From the NCBI GenBank assembly GCA_963769025.1, contig CAVYKI010000003.1, positions 1,024,001 through 1,088,000 of the forward strand: a stretch of DNA of 64,000 bases, read 5' to 3'. A program made the translations under genes and the position numbers. Within the stretch, counting starts at the first letter, position 1, and each line of letters begins with the position of its first letter. The notes under the pieces were generated by a model. It was not told the origin of the DNA. It saw nothing but the letters and a program-made list of their open reading frames with translations, and searched no databases. Below are positions 38,632 to 48,540 of this stretch, piece after piece. Origin of the DNA: an uncultured Verrucomicrobiae bacterium. GTDB lineage: Bacteria > Verrucomicrobiota > Verrucomicrobiia > Chthoniobacterales > Chthoniobacteraceae.

Positions 38632-39000
38632 ATGAAAACCCTCCTCGCCCTCGCAACCCTCGCCCTTTTTTCCATGAGCACCATCGCCGCCGACGGCCCC
38701 GTCTGGCACATCGTCCACTTCAAGTTCAAGGCCGACGCCACGCCCGCGCAGATCGCGCAGGTGGAAAAGGATTTTGCCGCGCTGAAGGGCAAGATCGAGC
38801 TCGTGCAGTCGCTCGAATGGGGCACGGACATCTCGCCCGAGAAGCTCAGCGACGGCTTTACGCACTGCTGGGTGCTCACTTTCAAAAACGAAAAGGATCG
38901 CGACGCCTACATCGTGCATCCCGCGCACAAGGATTTTGTGGCGACCCTCGGGCCGGTTCTCGAAAAGCCGTTCGTGGTGGATTTCATCCCGAAGAAATAA
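38632..39000 (+). CDS. Dabb (stress-responsive A/B barrel) protein with signal peptide
   Basis: HIVHFKFK, EWGTDISPE...GFTH, YIVHPAH..FV. Confidence 0.9.
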   Translation: MKTLLALATLALFSMSTIAADGPVWHIVHFKFKADATPAQIAQVEKDFAALKGKIELVQSLEWGTDISPEKLSDGFTHCWVLTFKNEKDRDAYIVHPAHKDFVATLGPVLEKPFVVDFIPKK

Positions 39001-39027
39001 GGAACTCCACTGCCACCCCCCACGAGC

Positions 39028-39342
39028 ATGACCGAGATTTTTGTCCATCCCGACCCGACGCAGCTCGCCCATTGCCGGACGATCCTGGAGGAAGCCGGGA
39101 TCGAATGTTTCATCAAAAATGAGGAGACGAGCGACCTCATTGCGGGCCTGCCCGATCCGCTGCGGCAGCCGTCCCTGTTTGTGACCAAAGACGCCGACGC
39201 CGAGCGTGCGCGTGCACTGCTGCGCGAAGTCGCCGGTGCTGAAAAAAGCAACGCGCCCGAGTGGAAATGTCCGAAGTGCGGCGAGATCGTTCCGGGGAAT
39301 TTCAGCTCGTGCTGGAAGTGCGAGACCCTGCGGCCCGAGTGA
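39028..39342 (+). CDS. DUF2007 domain + RanBP2-type zinc ribbon protein
   Basis: LEEAGIECFIKNE; WKCPKCGE....FSSCWKC. Confidence 0.85.
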   Translation: MTEIFVHPDPTQLAHCRTILEEAGIECFIKNEETSDLIAGLPDPLRQPSLFVTKDADAERARALLREVAGAEKSNAPEWKCPKCGEIVPGNFSSCWKCETLRPE

Positions 39343-39346
39343 CCCG

Positions 39347-39435
39347 GTAGGGCGCTTTCGCCGAAAGCGCCCCGTTTTGCTCTTCGAGAGTTCCGCCGCC
39401 TCAAAAAGTGGGCGGCCTCGGCGAGGCCGCCCTAC
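39347..39435. repeat. GTAG REP doublet, family B, between convergent genes
   Basis: GTAGGGCGCTTTCGCCGAAAGCGCCC plus an inverted variant GGGCGGCCTCGGCGAGGCCGCCCTAC. Confidence 0.75.
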
Positions 39436-39807
39436 CTATGCTCCAGTCGCTGCTCGGTACGCGGCCGCGTCCTGCAGCACGTCGCGCTCGGCGGGACTCG
39501 CGGGCTCCAGCTTGAACATCCAGCCCTCGCCGTACGGGTCCGTGTTCACGAGCGCGGGATTCGCGCTGAGGCCCGCGTTGGCTGCGACGACCTTGCCCGA
39601 GACGGGCGCGTAGATGTCGCTCGCGGCCTTCACGCTCTCGACGACGCAGACGACTTCGCCGGCCTTCACGACCTTCCCGACTGCGGGCAGATCCACGAAG
39701 ACGACATCCGTCAATTCGTGCTGGGCGTGGTCGGTGATGCCGACCGTGCCGTCGGCCCGGAGCCATTCGTGGGACTTTGCGTAGCGGAGATCGTCTGGAA
39801 CTTGCAT
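39436..39807 (-). CDS. gcvH: Glycine cleavage system H protein
   Basis: [26 protein letters not shown] (lipoyl Lys), NTDPYGEGW. Confidence 0.96.
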   Translation of the reverse strand: MQVPDDLRYAKSHEWLRADGTVGITDHAQHELTDVVFVDLPAVGKVVKAGEVVCVVESVKAASDIYAPVSGKVVAANAGLSANPALVNTDPYGEGWMFKLEPASPAERDVLQDAAAYRAATGA

Positions 39808-39812
39808 GGGAA

Positions 39813-39937
39813 GTTGAGAGATGAGTGGTGAGAGTTGAGAGGAGGCTTTCGTTTTCGGAAAATGTGCGGCGTGTTTGGAGAAGAAAGAGCCGGGCGTCGA
39901 GTCGCGACTCTCAACGCTCAACTTTCACCTCTCAACC
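39813..39937. repeat. Inverted GTTGAGA heptamer arrays between gcvT and gcvH
   Basis: GTTGAGA-like x4 at 39813-39841 and TCAACnn x4 at 39908-39937; related single arm at 51217-51244. Confidence 0.7.
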
Positions 39938-41032
39938 CGCTCGATGGAGCGGTTTCTTTTCCACCTGCGCGGGAAAACGCCGGCCGCGGATGTCGATCTC
40001 GATGGCGGTGCCGGGTTTTGCGAATTCGACGGGCAAGTACGCGAGGCCGATGCCTGCGCCGAGCGTCGGCGAAAGCCCGCCGCTGCACGTCTCGCCGATC
40101 TGCGCGCCGTCCTTCCACACGCCGTAGTGGCTGCGCGGCGGCGGCGCTGCGCCCACCATTTTGAAAGCTGCAAGGCGCTGATTCACGCCGTTCGCCTTTT
40201 GCTGCGCGAGCACCGGGCGTCCGATGAAGTCGCCCTTTTCGAGGTCCACGAAAAATCCTAACCCGGCCTCGATCGGCGTACGCTCGGGCGAGAGATCGTT
40301 TCCATTCAGCGGATAGCACATCTCCAGGCGCAGCGTGTCGCGCGCGCCGAGCCCGCAGGGCTTGATTCCAAATTCAGCGCCCGCCGCGAGCACGGCGTTC
40401 CAGGTGCGCACGCCGTCCGCCGCTGGGGCGAACACCTCAAAACCATCCTCGCCCGTGTAGCCGGTGCGCCCGATGAAAAGCGGCACGCCGCCGACTTCGA
40501 GCTGCACGATCCCGTTGCGCGGCGGCGCGGTTTTTCCACCGGTGAATTTTGCAAACCACTCCGCAGCGCGCGGCCCCTGCACGGCCAGACCGGCGAAATC
40601 GTCGCTGCGATTTTCCAGCGTCACGCCCGCGGGCACGCGCGGCTGCAGCCATGCAAAGTCCTCGTCGATTTTCGCCGCGTTCACCACGAGCAGCCACTCG
40701 GCGTCGGCGATGCGGTAGATGATCAGGTCGTCGATCACGCCGCCGCGCTCGTTCAGCATCAGCGTGTATTGCCCGTGGCCGACGGCGAGCTTGCTCACAT
40801 TGTTGGTGAGCACGCCGTTCAGCCACGCCTCCGCGCCCGCGCCCTTCGCAAAAAACTGGCCCATGTGCGAGATGTCGAAGACGCCGAGGGCTTCCCGCAC
40901 GGTGCGGTGCTCGTCCATGATTCCCGTGTACTGCACCGGCATGTCCCAGCCGCCAAAGCCGATCATTTTTCCGCCGAGGCGGACGTGCTCGGCGTGGAGT
41001 GGCGTGCGTTTCAAATCAGCGGCGTCGGACAT
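39932..41032 (-). CDS. gcvT: Glycine cleavage aminomethyltransferase T
   Basis: LKRTPL, FGGWDMPVQY, FDISHMG, RTGYTGEDGFE, GLGARDTLRLE. Confidence 0.97.
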   Translation of the reverse strand: MSDAADLKRTPLHAEHVRLGGKMIGFGGWDMPVQYTGIMDEHRTVREALGVFDISHMGQFFAKGAGAEAWLNGVLTNNVSKLAVGHGQYTLMLNERGGVIDDLIIYRIADAEWLLVVNAAKIDEDFAWLQPRVPAGVTLENRSDDFAGLAVQGPRAAEWFAKFTGGKTAPPRNGIVQLEVGGVPLFIGRTGYTGEDGFEVFAPAADGVRTWNAVLAAGAEFGIKPCGLGARDTLRLEMCYPLNGNDLSPERTPIEAGLGFFVDLEKGDFIGRPVLAQQKANGVNQRLAAFKMVGAAPPPRSHYGVWKDGAQIGETCSGGLSPTLGAGIGLAYLPVEFAKPGTAIEIDIRGRRFPAQVEKKPLHRAG

Positions 41033-41066
41033 GGCGCGCGGAGAGTTAAGGAGCGCCCGGGAGGTG

Positions 41067-42002
41067 TCAACGCCCGCGGGTTTCCCGCTCCAGCCACGGC
41101 ACGAGCCGCGCGGATGCGATGCCGAGCGCCGCGCCGATGACCAAGCCCATCGTGTGCGCGGCGTTCGCCACCGGCCCCAGGAGCCCGGTGTAGCAGAGCA
41201 CCATCCACATGAGCATGAGCTGCACGATCTGCGTCGGGAGCTGCCAGTTCTGGCGGAGGTCAAATTTCCCCTTCATCCAAAGGAAGCCAAACAGCCCGTA
41301 GTTCACGCCGGACATCCCGCCGAAGCGCTGCGTGCTCCAGAGATACTCCGCGAGATTCGAGCCGATGCCGATGACCATGACGAGCGCGAGCAGTTTCGCC
41401 GCGCCGAAACGCGACTCGATGAACCGCCCGAGCTGCACGAGCCACATCATGTTGAAAAGGATGTGCATCACGCTCCCGTGGATGAAAATCGGCGTGATGA
41501 GCCGCCACACTTCGCCCGCCTTCACCTCCGGCAGAAAGAGCGAGCCGCCGCCCGGCAGCTCGCTGATGTAGGGCAGCCGCGAAATCTGCACGAGCTGCGT
41601 CACCTTCACATTGGCGAAGAAGTCCGTGTAAAAGGTCATCGCCACGCTGATGACGAGGAGGACGATGGGAACCCAACCCTGCGACAGGAAGTTCCGCTCG
41701 TAGCCGACGCGGGCCTCGTCAACCACCGTGGAACGGCGGCGGCCCGCGGACTTGACCAACTCTGCACGGATCGCCGACGCCTTCGCAGCAGCCTCGCGGA
41801 ATTCCGGGCCGTCCGGCGCGGAGCGGAAAAGTGCGAACAGGCGCGCGGCCTCGGCCATCTGGTCGTCCTCATGCACCCAGATGGAAACCGCGCCGCCGTC
41901 CTCGGGCTCGACGGTGCTCTCGATCCCGCGCGATATGAGCGCATCCTGAAATTTCTGCGCTTCCGCTTCGCTGGGCAATTCTCCGACTGTTCGCATCCGC
42001 AC
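41067..42002 (-). CDS. glpG: Rhomboid intramembrane serine protease (GlpG-like)
   Basis: GEVWRLITPIFIH, HILFNM, GGMSGV, ANAAH..GL. Confidence 0.9.
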   Translation of the reverse strand: MRMRTVGELPSEAEAQKFQDALISRGIESTVEPEDGGAVSIWVHEDDQMAEAARLFALFRSAPDGPEFREAAAKASAIRAELVKSAGRRRSTVVDEARVGYERNFLSQGWVPIVLLVISVAMTFYTDFFANVKVTQLVQISRLPYISELPGGGSLFLPEVKAGEVWRLITPIFIHGSVMHILFNMMWLVQLGRFIESRFGAAKLLALVMVIGIGSNLAEYLWSTQRFGGMSGVNYGLFGFLWMKGKFDLRQNWQLPTQIVQLMLMWMVLCYTGLLGPVANAAHTMGLVIGAALGIASARLVPWLERETRGR

Positions 42003-42078
42003 GCTTTAGCAGCGCATTCCGCACGGCACAAGTGGCGGCATGATTGCGCCCGCGCCACGTTTCGTCTTGGCTGCGCGC

Positions 42079-43092
42079 GTGTTCGATGTGCTTTACCGGC
42101 GTTTGGTCCGGCCAATCCTTTTTCGCTTCGATGCCGAGCGGGTGCATCACCTCGCGATGGCATTCCTCCACGGGCTCGGGCCCGTGGTGCAATCGGCCGC
42201 GCGCGGCGCGGCACCCGACCCGCGGCTGGCGCGCGAAGTCTTCGGCCTGAAATTCCTGAATCCCGTCGGTCTCGCGGCGGGCTTCGACAAGAATGCGCTC
42301 GTCCTCCCCGCCTGGGAGGGCCTCGGCTTTGGCTTCGCCGAAGTGGGCACCATCACCGCGAAGGCGCAGCCGGGAAATCCGAAGCCGCGCCTTTTCCGCG
42401 TCCCGGAAATCTCCGGCGTGATCAACCGCATGGGCTTCAACAACGACGGCGCGGATGCCGTCGCCGCGCGGCTCGCACGGCTGCGGGGCACGCCGCAGTG
42501 GCCGCGCTTTCCCGTCGGCATCAATCTCGGCAAATCCAAAGTCACGCCGATCGAGGAGGCGACCGGCGACTATCTCGATTCGTTTTCCAAGCTCCGCGAC
42601 CTCGGCGACTACTTCGTGCTCAACGTCTCCTCGCCGAACACGCCCGGCCTCCGGACCCTGCAGGATCGGCCCGCGCTCGATCAGCTCTTCTCCGCGGTCC
42701 AGGCGGCGAATGCTTCACGCAAGCCGATGCTCGTGAAAATCGCACCTGACCTCACATGGGAAGCCATCGACGACGTGCTCGCGCTGGTTGAATCACACCG
42801 ACTCGACGGAATCATCGCGACGAATACGACCATCGACCACAGCGCAGTCCCCGAGCACCGCCGCCAGACCGGCGGCCTCAGCGGCGCGCCCGTCCGCGCC
42901 CGCTCGACGGAGATCATCCGCCACATCACATCGCGGACGAAAGTGCCCGTCATCGGAGTCGGCGGCATCTTCAGCGCGGATGATGCGCGGGAGAAATTCG
43001 ACGCGGGCGCCGCGCTCATCCAGCTCTACACAGGCTACATCTACCGCGGCCCCGCCCTCGTCGCCGAGATCCTCCGCACGCTGCATCCGTAG
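42079..43092 (+). CDS. pyrD: Quinone-dependent dihydroorotate dehydrogenase (class 2)
   Basis: NPVGLAAGFDKN, GNPKPRLFR, NRMGFNN, NVSSPNTPGLR, KIAPDL, GGLSG. Confidence 0.97.
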   Translation: MFDVLYRRLVRPILFRFDAERVHHLAMAFLHGLGPVVQSAARGAAPDPRLAREVFGLKFLNPVGLAAGFDKNALVLPAWEGLGFGFAEVGTITAKAQPGNPKPRLFRVPEISGVINRMGFNNDGADAVAARLARLRGTPQWPRFPVGINLGKSKVTPIEEATGDYLDSFSKLRDLGDYFVLNVSSPNTPGLRTLQDRPALDQLFSAVQAANASRKPMLVKIAPDLTWEAIDDVLALVESHRLDGIIATNTTIDHSAVPEHRRQTGGLSGAPVRARSTEIIRHITSRTKVPVIGVGGIFSADDAREKFDAGAALIQLYTGYIYRGPALVAEILRTLHP

Positions 43093-43164
43093 CCGCCGAC
43101 GGCCGGAGGCGGGCCGTTCGAACGCAAAAAGGAAATCAGCCCGCCTCCGGCCGTCGGCGGCTAC
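43089..43164. repeat. GTAG REP doublet (REPIN-like), family A
   Basis: Perfect 26-bp inverted arms GTAGCCGCCGACGGCCGGAGGCGGGC between convergent pyrD and nagZ. Confidence 0.85.
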
Positions 43165-44288
43165 TAATAGGTTTCCACCGGCGAGCGTTTGCCGTCCTCG
43201 GCGCTGCGCTGGGCGGCGCGCTCGGCGCCCAGAGTGGCGACTCGCAGATCCCACACTTCGGCGTCGCGGCGGCGGAATTCTGCCTCGTCCCACGGGTCGG
43301 CCGGGGCGAGCTTGCGCTTGAAGGTGGCGACATTCGCCAGCGCCCGATCGAGTTCGGCATGCGGGACTTTTTCGAGGAAGGCGTGCGCCTTTTCCACCAT
43401 CTCGACGCGGTGGCAGATCATCGCGATGTCGTTGCCGGCGGTGATGGCGAGGTGGATGACTTTCTCGAGCCCGGCGTCGCCGAGTCCATATGGATTCAGG
43501 ATCGCGCCCATGTCGAGGTCGTCCGTCATCACGAGTCCACGGAAACCCATCTCGCCGCGCAGCAAGTCCGTGATGATTTTTCGCGAAAGCGAAGTCGGCA
43601 CGCCGCTGTCGTCGAGCGCGGGGTAGAATGCGTGGCCGATCATCATCGAGTCCACCGAGTTCGCCGTGCCGGGCGCGGAGAAATGTCTGAAGACGGCGAG
43701 CTCGTGCGGGTCGAGTTCCGCGCGCGGGAGCGGGATGGTGGGTAGCTCGTGGTGCGCGTCCGCGGGTGAGCGCGAGTAGCCGGGAAAATGTTTGCCGCAG
43801 CTCGCGATGCCGCCGGCGCGGAGTGCGTCGTTGAATGCGCCGGCGTTGCGGATGACCTGCGCGGCGTCGTTGCCGTAGCAGCGGCCGCGGAGCGAGTTGT
43901 CGGCCTCGTCGTCGAACGAAATGTCGAGCACCGGGCAGAGGTCGAGATTGAAGCCGAACATGCGCAGCAGCCGCGCGGTGATGCGCCCGTGATCGCGGAT
44001 GAGCGCGAGGTCGCCCTTGTCGCGGAAATTGTTCGCGTTCGGCGGCTCGTTGCCGACGAGCTTCAGGCGCGAGACGCGCCCGCCTTCCTGGTCGATGGTG
44101 ATGATGGGCTCGGTCGCGGAAACGTCGCGGAGGTCGTCGCAGAGTTTGCGGAGCTGCGCGGGGGACTGGATGTTCCGCCCGAAGAGGATGAACGCGCCGG
44201 GCTGGATGCGGCGGAAGGTCGCCGCGGTCTGCGCGTCGAGCACGGGACCGGGCACGCCGGTCATGAGGAGCTGGCCGAGAGTGGACAT
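43164..44288 (-). CDS. nagZ: GH3 beta-N-acetylhexosaminidase
   Basis: LFGRN, IDQEGGRV.R, KHFPGY...DAH, MTDDLDM. Confidence 0.88.
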   Translation of the reverse strand: MSTLGQLLMTGVPGPVLDAQTAATFRRIQPGAFILFGRNIQSPAQLRKLCDDLRDVSATEPIITIDQEGGRVSRLKLVGNEPPNANNFRDKGDLALIRDHGRITARLLRMFGFNLDLCPVLDISFDDEADNSLRGRCYGNDAAQVIRNAGAFNDALRAGGIASCGKHFPGYSRSPADAHHELPTIPLPRAELDPHELAVFRHFSAPGTANSVDSMMIGHAFYPALDDSGVPTSLSRKIITDLLRGEMGFRGLVMTDDLDMGAILNPYGLGDAGLEKVIHLAITAGNDIAMICHRVEMVEKAHAFLEKVPHAELDRALANVATFKRKLAPADPWDEAEFRRRDAEVWDLRVATLGAERAAQRSAEDGKRSPVETY

Positions 44289-44385
44289 GGGATGACTGGT
44301 GACTGGTGGCTGGCGCGCGGGCAAGCGCGGAGGCGGGGCTTGCAAATGCGGGCAGGCAGCCCGATACGTGCCGCCCATTTTTTCA

Positions 44386-45123
44386 ATGTCGCTCCAACCA
44401 TCCGAGATTAATCGCGAAGAGGTGAAGCGGCTCGCTGGGGAGTTTGAAGGCGCGCCGCTCACGGAGGTATTGCGGTGGATCTGGGGGAAGTTCGGCGAGC
44501 GCGCGGCCATCGGCACGAGCTTCCAAGGTGCGGGGCTGGTGATGATCGATCACGCGCTGAAAGCCGGGCTGAAATTCCCGGTGTTCACCCTCGATACGAA
44601 TCTGCTTTTTCCCGAGACGTACGAGCTGAAGGCGCGGCTGGAAAAGCATTGGGGCATTGCCATCGAGGCGCTGCAACCTGAACTCAACGTCGAGCAGCAA
44701 GCCGCGGAGTACGGAGCGGAGCTCTGGAAAAAGGCACCGGATGTGTGCTGCACGCTGCGCAAGGTGGTGCCGTTGCAAAAAAAGCTGAGCACGCTCGCCG
44801 TGTGGATCACCGGCCTGCGCCGCCAGCAGAGCGACACGCGGGAAGGCGCTCAAATCCTAGAGCTCTACCACTTCGACGTGCTGCGGGACCTTTACATCCT
44901 GAAGGCAAATCCGATGGCCAACTGGAAGCGCGAGGCGGTGTGGGAATACCTCAAGGCGAACGGCATCCCCTACAATCCGCTGCACGATCGCGGCTACCGG
45001 AGCATCGGCTGCTGGCCGTGCACGAAGCCGACCGACGCCGGAGAGAACGAGCGCGCGGGACGCTGGACGGGTTTCGACAAGGCGGAATGCGGCATCCACA
45101 CCTTCCTCGGCGACAGCATTTGA
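44386..45123 (+). CDS. cysH: APS/PAPS reductase (likely [4Fe-4S] APS-type)
   Basis: CCTLRKV and SIGCWPCT (Fe-S cysteines), WITGLRR, ERAGRW, ECGIH. Confidence 0.94.
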   Translation: MSLQPSEINREEVKRLAGEFEGAPLTEVLRWIWGKFGERAAIGTSFQGAGLVMIDHALKAGLKFPVFTLDTNLLFPETYELKARLEKHWGIAIEALQPELNVEQQAAEYGAELWKKAPDVCCTLRKVVPLQKKLSTLAVWITGLRRQQSDTREGAQILELYHFDVLRDLYILKANPMANWKREAVWEYLKANGIPYNPLHDRGYRSIGCWPCTKPTDAGENERAGRWTGFDKAECGIHTFLGDSI

Positions 45124-45208
45124 AGGTGTTCACGGTCGCCACACTGGCCAACGTTCGACGGTTCCTGCTAAGAAGGGCATTGATCGTTGAATTGAAACTG
45201 GCAGCCCC

Positions 45209-46099
45209 ATGACGCGCGTTTTCCTCACTCTCCTCCTAGTGGCTTTGCTGCCGGTCGGCGGTTTGGCACTTGCGGCGCCGGCGAAGCCGCCAAGCAAAGG
45301 TGAGAAGCTCCGGCTGGCAGGAGAGGTGTACCGGATTTTCGAGGCGAAGTGTGCGGACTGCCACGGTGCGCACCTGCCGAAGCCGAAGGGGAAATTCGGC
45401 CATGTGCTCGACTTGAAACGGATCGCGGCAAACTCCGACTACGTGGTCCGCGGGGAGCCTGTGAAGTCGGAGCTCTTCCTGATGGTGAAGAACGACGAGA
45501 TGCCCGGCGAGGATGCCGACGTGCCGCCGCTGACCCCGGAAGAAAAGAGGACGGTCGAGGCATGGGTCCTGGCCGGGGCGCCGCACGAGCTGCCCGCGGG
45601 ATTTTTTCCGGCGAGCGCCGGCCCGGAAAAAAAGGCCGAGCCGAATGTTACGTTCGTCCGGCGGCTCATGAACTGGCTTGGAAAATTTCATCCGCTTTCC
45701 ACGCACTTTCCCGTCGCGCTGCTGATGGCTGCGGTGATGGCGGAGGGGCTGGCGTGGGGGCTGAAGCGCGATGAGTGGATGCTGCTGGTGCGCTTTCTCG
45801 TGGTCATCGGCGCGATCAGCAGCGTGCCTACGACGGTGCTGGGATGGATGGCGGATTTCCCGCTGCTCGGCGGCAGCGAACTCGCGACGATCTACCGGTT
45901 TCATCAGGTCCTCGGGACGGCGACCACCGCGTGGGCGCTGGTCTGCGCGGGGCTCGTGTGCATTGCGGAATGCGAGGAGGGCTCCGTGGCGCGGCGGCGT
46001 TTCCGCGGGGCGCTGCTCCTTGGCGCGTTGCTCATTGCCGTGGTCGGCTTCCTCGGCGGGGCGCTGAACGCCGGCGGGCTCGGGCATTACAAGTTCTGA
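45209..46099 (+). CDS. Planctomycete-type cytochrome c domain + DUF2231-like membrane domain
   Basis: Signal peptide; CADCHG heme-c motif and EMP; then GKFHPLSTHFPVALL and four TM helices. Confidence 0.8.
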   Translation: MTRVFLTLLLVALLPVGGLALAAPAKPPSKGEKLRLAGEVYRIFEAKCADCHGAHLPKPKGKFGHVLDLKRIAANSDYVVRGEPVKSELFLMVKNDEMPGEDADVPPLTPEEKRTVEAWVLAGAPHELPAGFFPASAGPEKKAEPNVTFVRRLMNWLGKFHPLSTHFPVALLMAAVMAEGLAWGLKRDEWMLLVRFLVVIGAISSVPTTVLGWMADFPLLGGSELATIYRFHQVLGTATTAWALVCAGLVCIAECEEGSVARRRFRGALLLGALLIAVVGFLGGALNAGGLGHYKF

Positions 46100-46168
46100 G
46101 CGGCGCGAAGCGGGCGGCACGATGATGCGCTCGACACGCAGCGCGCGCCTTCCCATTTTCGCGGCCGC

Positions 46169-47137
<969 letters not shown>

Positions 47138-47149
47138 GGAATTTCCTAA

Positions 47150-48042
47150 GAGACTGTGTAAAAAGTCACTTGGCGAGTCTGCGCAGCATGATGCGGGAGG
47201 CTTGAATGAGGATCATCGCCTGGCTGGAGGCGGTTTTGGTTTCGTAGTCGCGGGCAAGTCTGCGCGCCTGCATGAGCCATCCCAAAGTGCGTTCGACGAT
47301 CCACCGCTTGGGCTGGACTTGGAAGCCTTTGGGGGCGGGGTCGCTGCGTTTGATGATGTCCAGGCGCAGGTCCGGATGGGCGGCGTGCGCGCGCAAGTCT
47401 GCGGCGAGCGTGCCGCCCGCGTAGCCTGCGTCCGCCCACAGCTGTCCGAGCCGTGGCTGGGTGCGCAGCACGGGCGGGAGCACCTGCAGGGATCCGGCGC
47501 GATCGGAGACATCGGCACCGGTGACCACGACGCCCAGGATGAGCCCCAGGGTGTCTACCACCAGATGCCGTTTTCGCCCTCGGATCTTCTTGCCCGCATC
47601 GTAGCCTCGCACTCCGGGGTGGTTAGCCACTTTAACACTCTGCGCGTCGAAGATCGCAGCGCTGGGGGCTTTTTTTTCGCGCCTTTCCCGCGCACGGCCT
47701 CGCGCAGCTGATCGTTGATTTGCACCCAGAGCCCGTTCTCCCGCCACTTGGCAAAGTAGTAGTAGCACAGCCGCCACGGCGGCAGGTCATGCGGCAAGAG
47801 CCGCCACGCGCACCCGCTGCGCACCACGTAGAAGATGGCATTGAGCACCAGCCTCCGGTCGTGGCGCGGTGGCCGCCCAAGCTTCGCCGGCACGTTCACC
47901 AGCGGGCGCAACAGCTCCCATTCCACTTCATTGAGGTCACTCGGATACGGTTCTTGGTTCGGCATCCCAAGCTTTCCACCCCATTCCTCCAATTCGTAAC
48001 AAGTACTAAAATGACCATAGTGCAGACTTTTTGCACAGTCTC
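47150..48042 (-). mobile_element. IS5-family insertion sequence (IS1031/IS427-like), 893 bp
   Basis: 18-bp TIRs GAGACTGTG(T/C)AAAAAGTC with one mismatch at 47150-47167 and 48025-48042; TAA target duplication at 47147-47149 and 48043-48045. Confidence 0.93.
47166..47965 (-). CDS. IS5 transposase, orfA+orfB joined by a -1 frameshift at A8 (47670-47677)
   Basis: orfA YPSDL..EW...GRP...NAIFY..RSGC.WR.LP.DLPPW; orfB IFDAQSVK, GYDAGKK, GRKRHLVVDTLG, WADAGY, RWIVERT. Confidence 0.9.
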
Positions 48043-48228
48043 TAAGGCCGCCGGTGCCTCCTGTTGATCTTATTGAAAGGAGGGAAACGCATCTGCATGT
48101 GATACGCGTCCGTAAATTCGGCTTGCGCCGCCCCGTATCGCTTCACAGATTCAAAGCTCCCCTATCTGCCTCGCATCCCACGCATCGTGGGATGGCTTTC
48201 GAGGCCTGAAAAACAAAGAAAGAAAAAC

Positions 48229-48459
48229 ATGCAAGAGAACGCCGGACCGAGGATGCCCTCCGAGCCGATTGCCTCTGAGAAAGTGACGATTGACCGAAAG
48301 GTCTTCTTCATCGACCTCAAGGAGAACCAGCGTGGTCGGTTCATGAAAATAACCGAAGACGTTGGTGGGCGACGCGACACGATCATGCTCCCCGCGGGTG
48401 CCTTCAAGGACTTCCTTGAAGCACTCGCACGCCTGGTCGAGTACGAGTCCAAATTGTAA
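48229..48459 (+). CDS. Pur-alpha-like (PUR/DUF3276) ssDNA/RNA-binding protein
   Basis: SEKVTIDRKVFFIDLKENQRGRFMKITE..GGRRDTIMLP, a single PUR repeat. Confidence 0.88.
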   Translation: MQENAGPRMPSEPIASEKVTIDRKVFFIDLKENQRGRFMKITEDVGGRRDTIMLPAGAFKDFLEALARLVEYESKL

Positions 48460-48502
48460 TCTGCCCCAAGATGTCAGCCGCGGGAAGCCCGTGGGCCTGA
48501 TC

Positions 48503-48538
48503 GAAAGCCCCGGCCAATTCCCCTGGCCGGGGCTTTTT
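48503..48538. terminator. Rho-independent terminator (possibly bidirectional)
   Basis: AAAGCCCCGGCCA...TGGCCGGGGCTTTTT between convergent genes. Confidence 0.8.
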
Positions 48539-48540
48539 GT

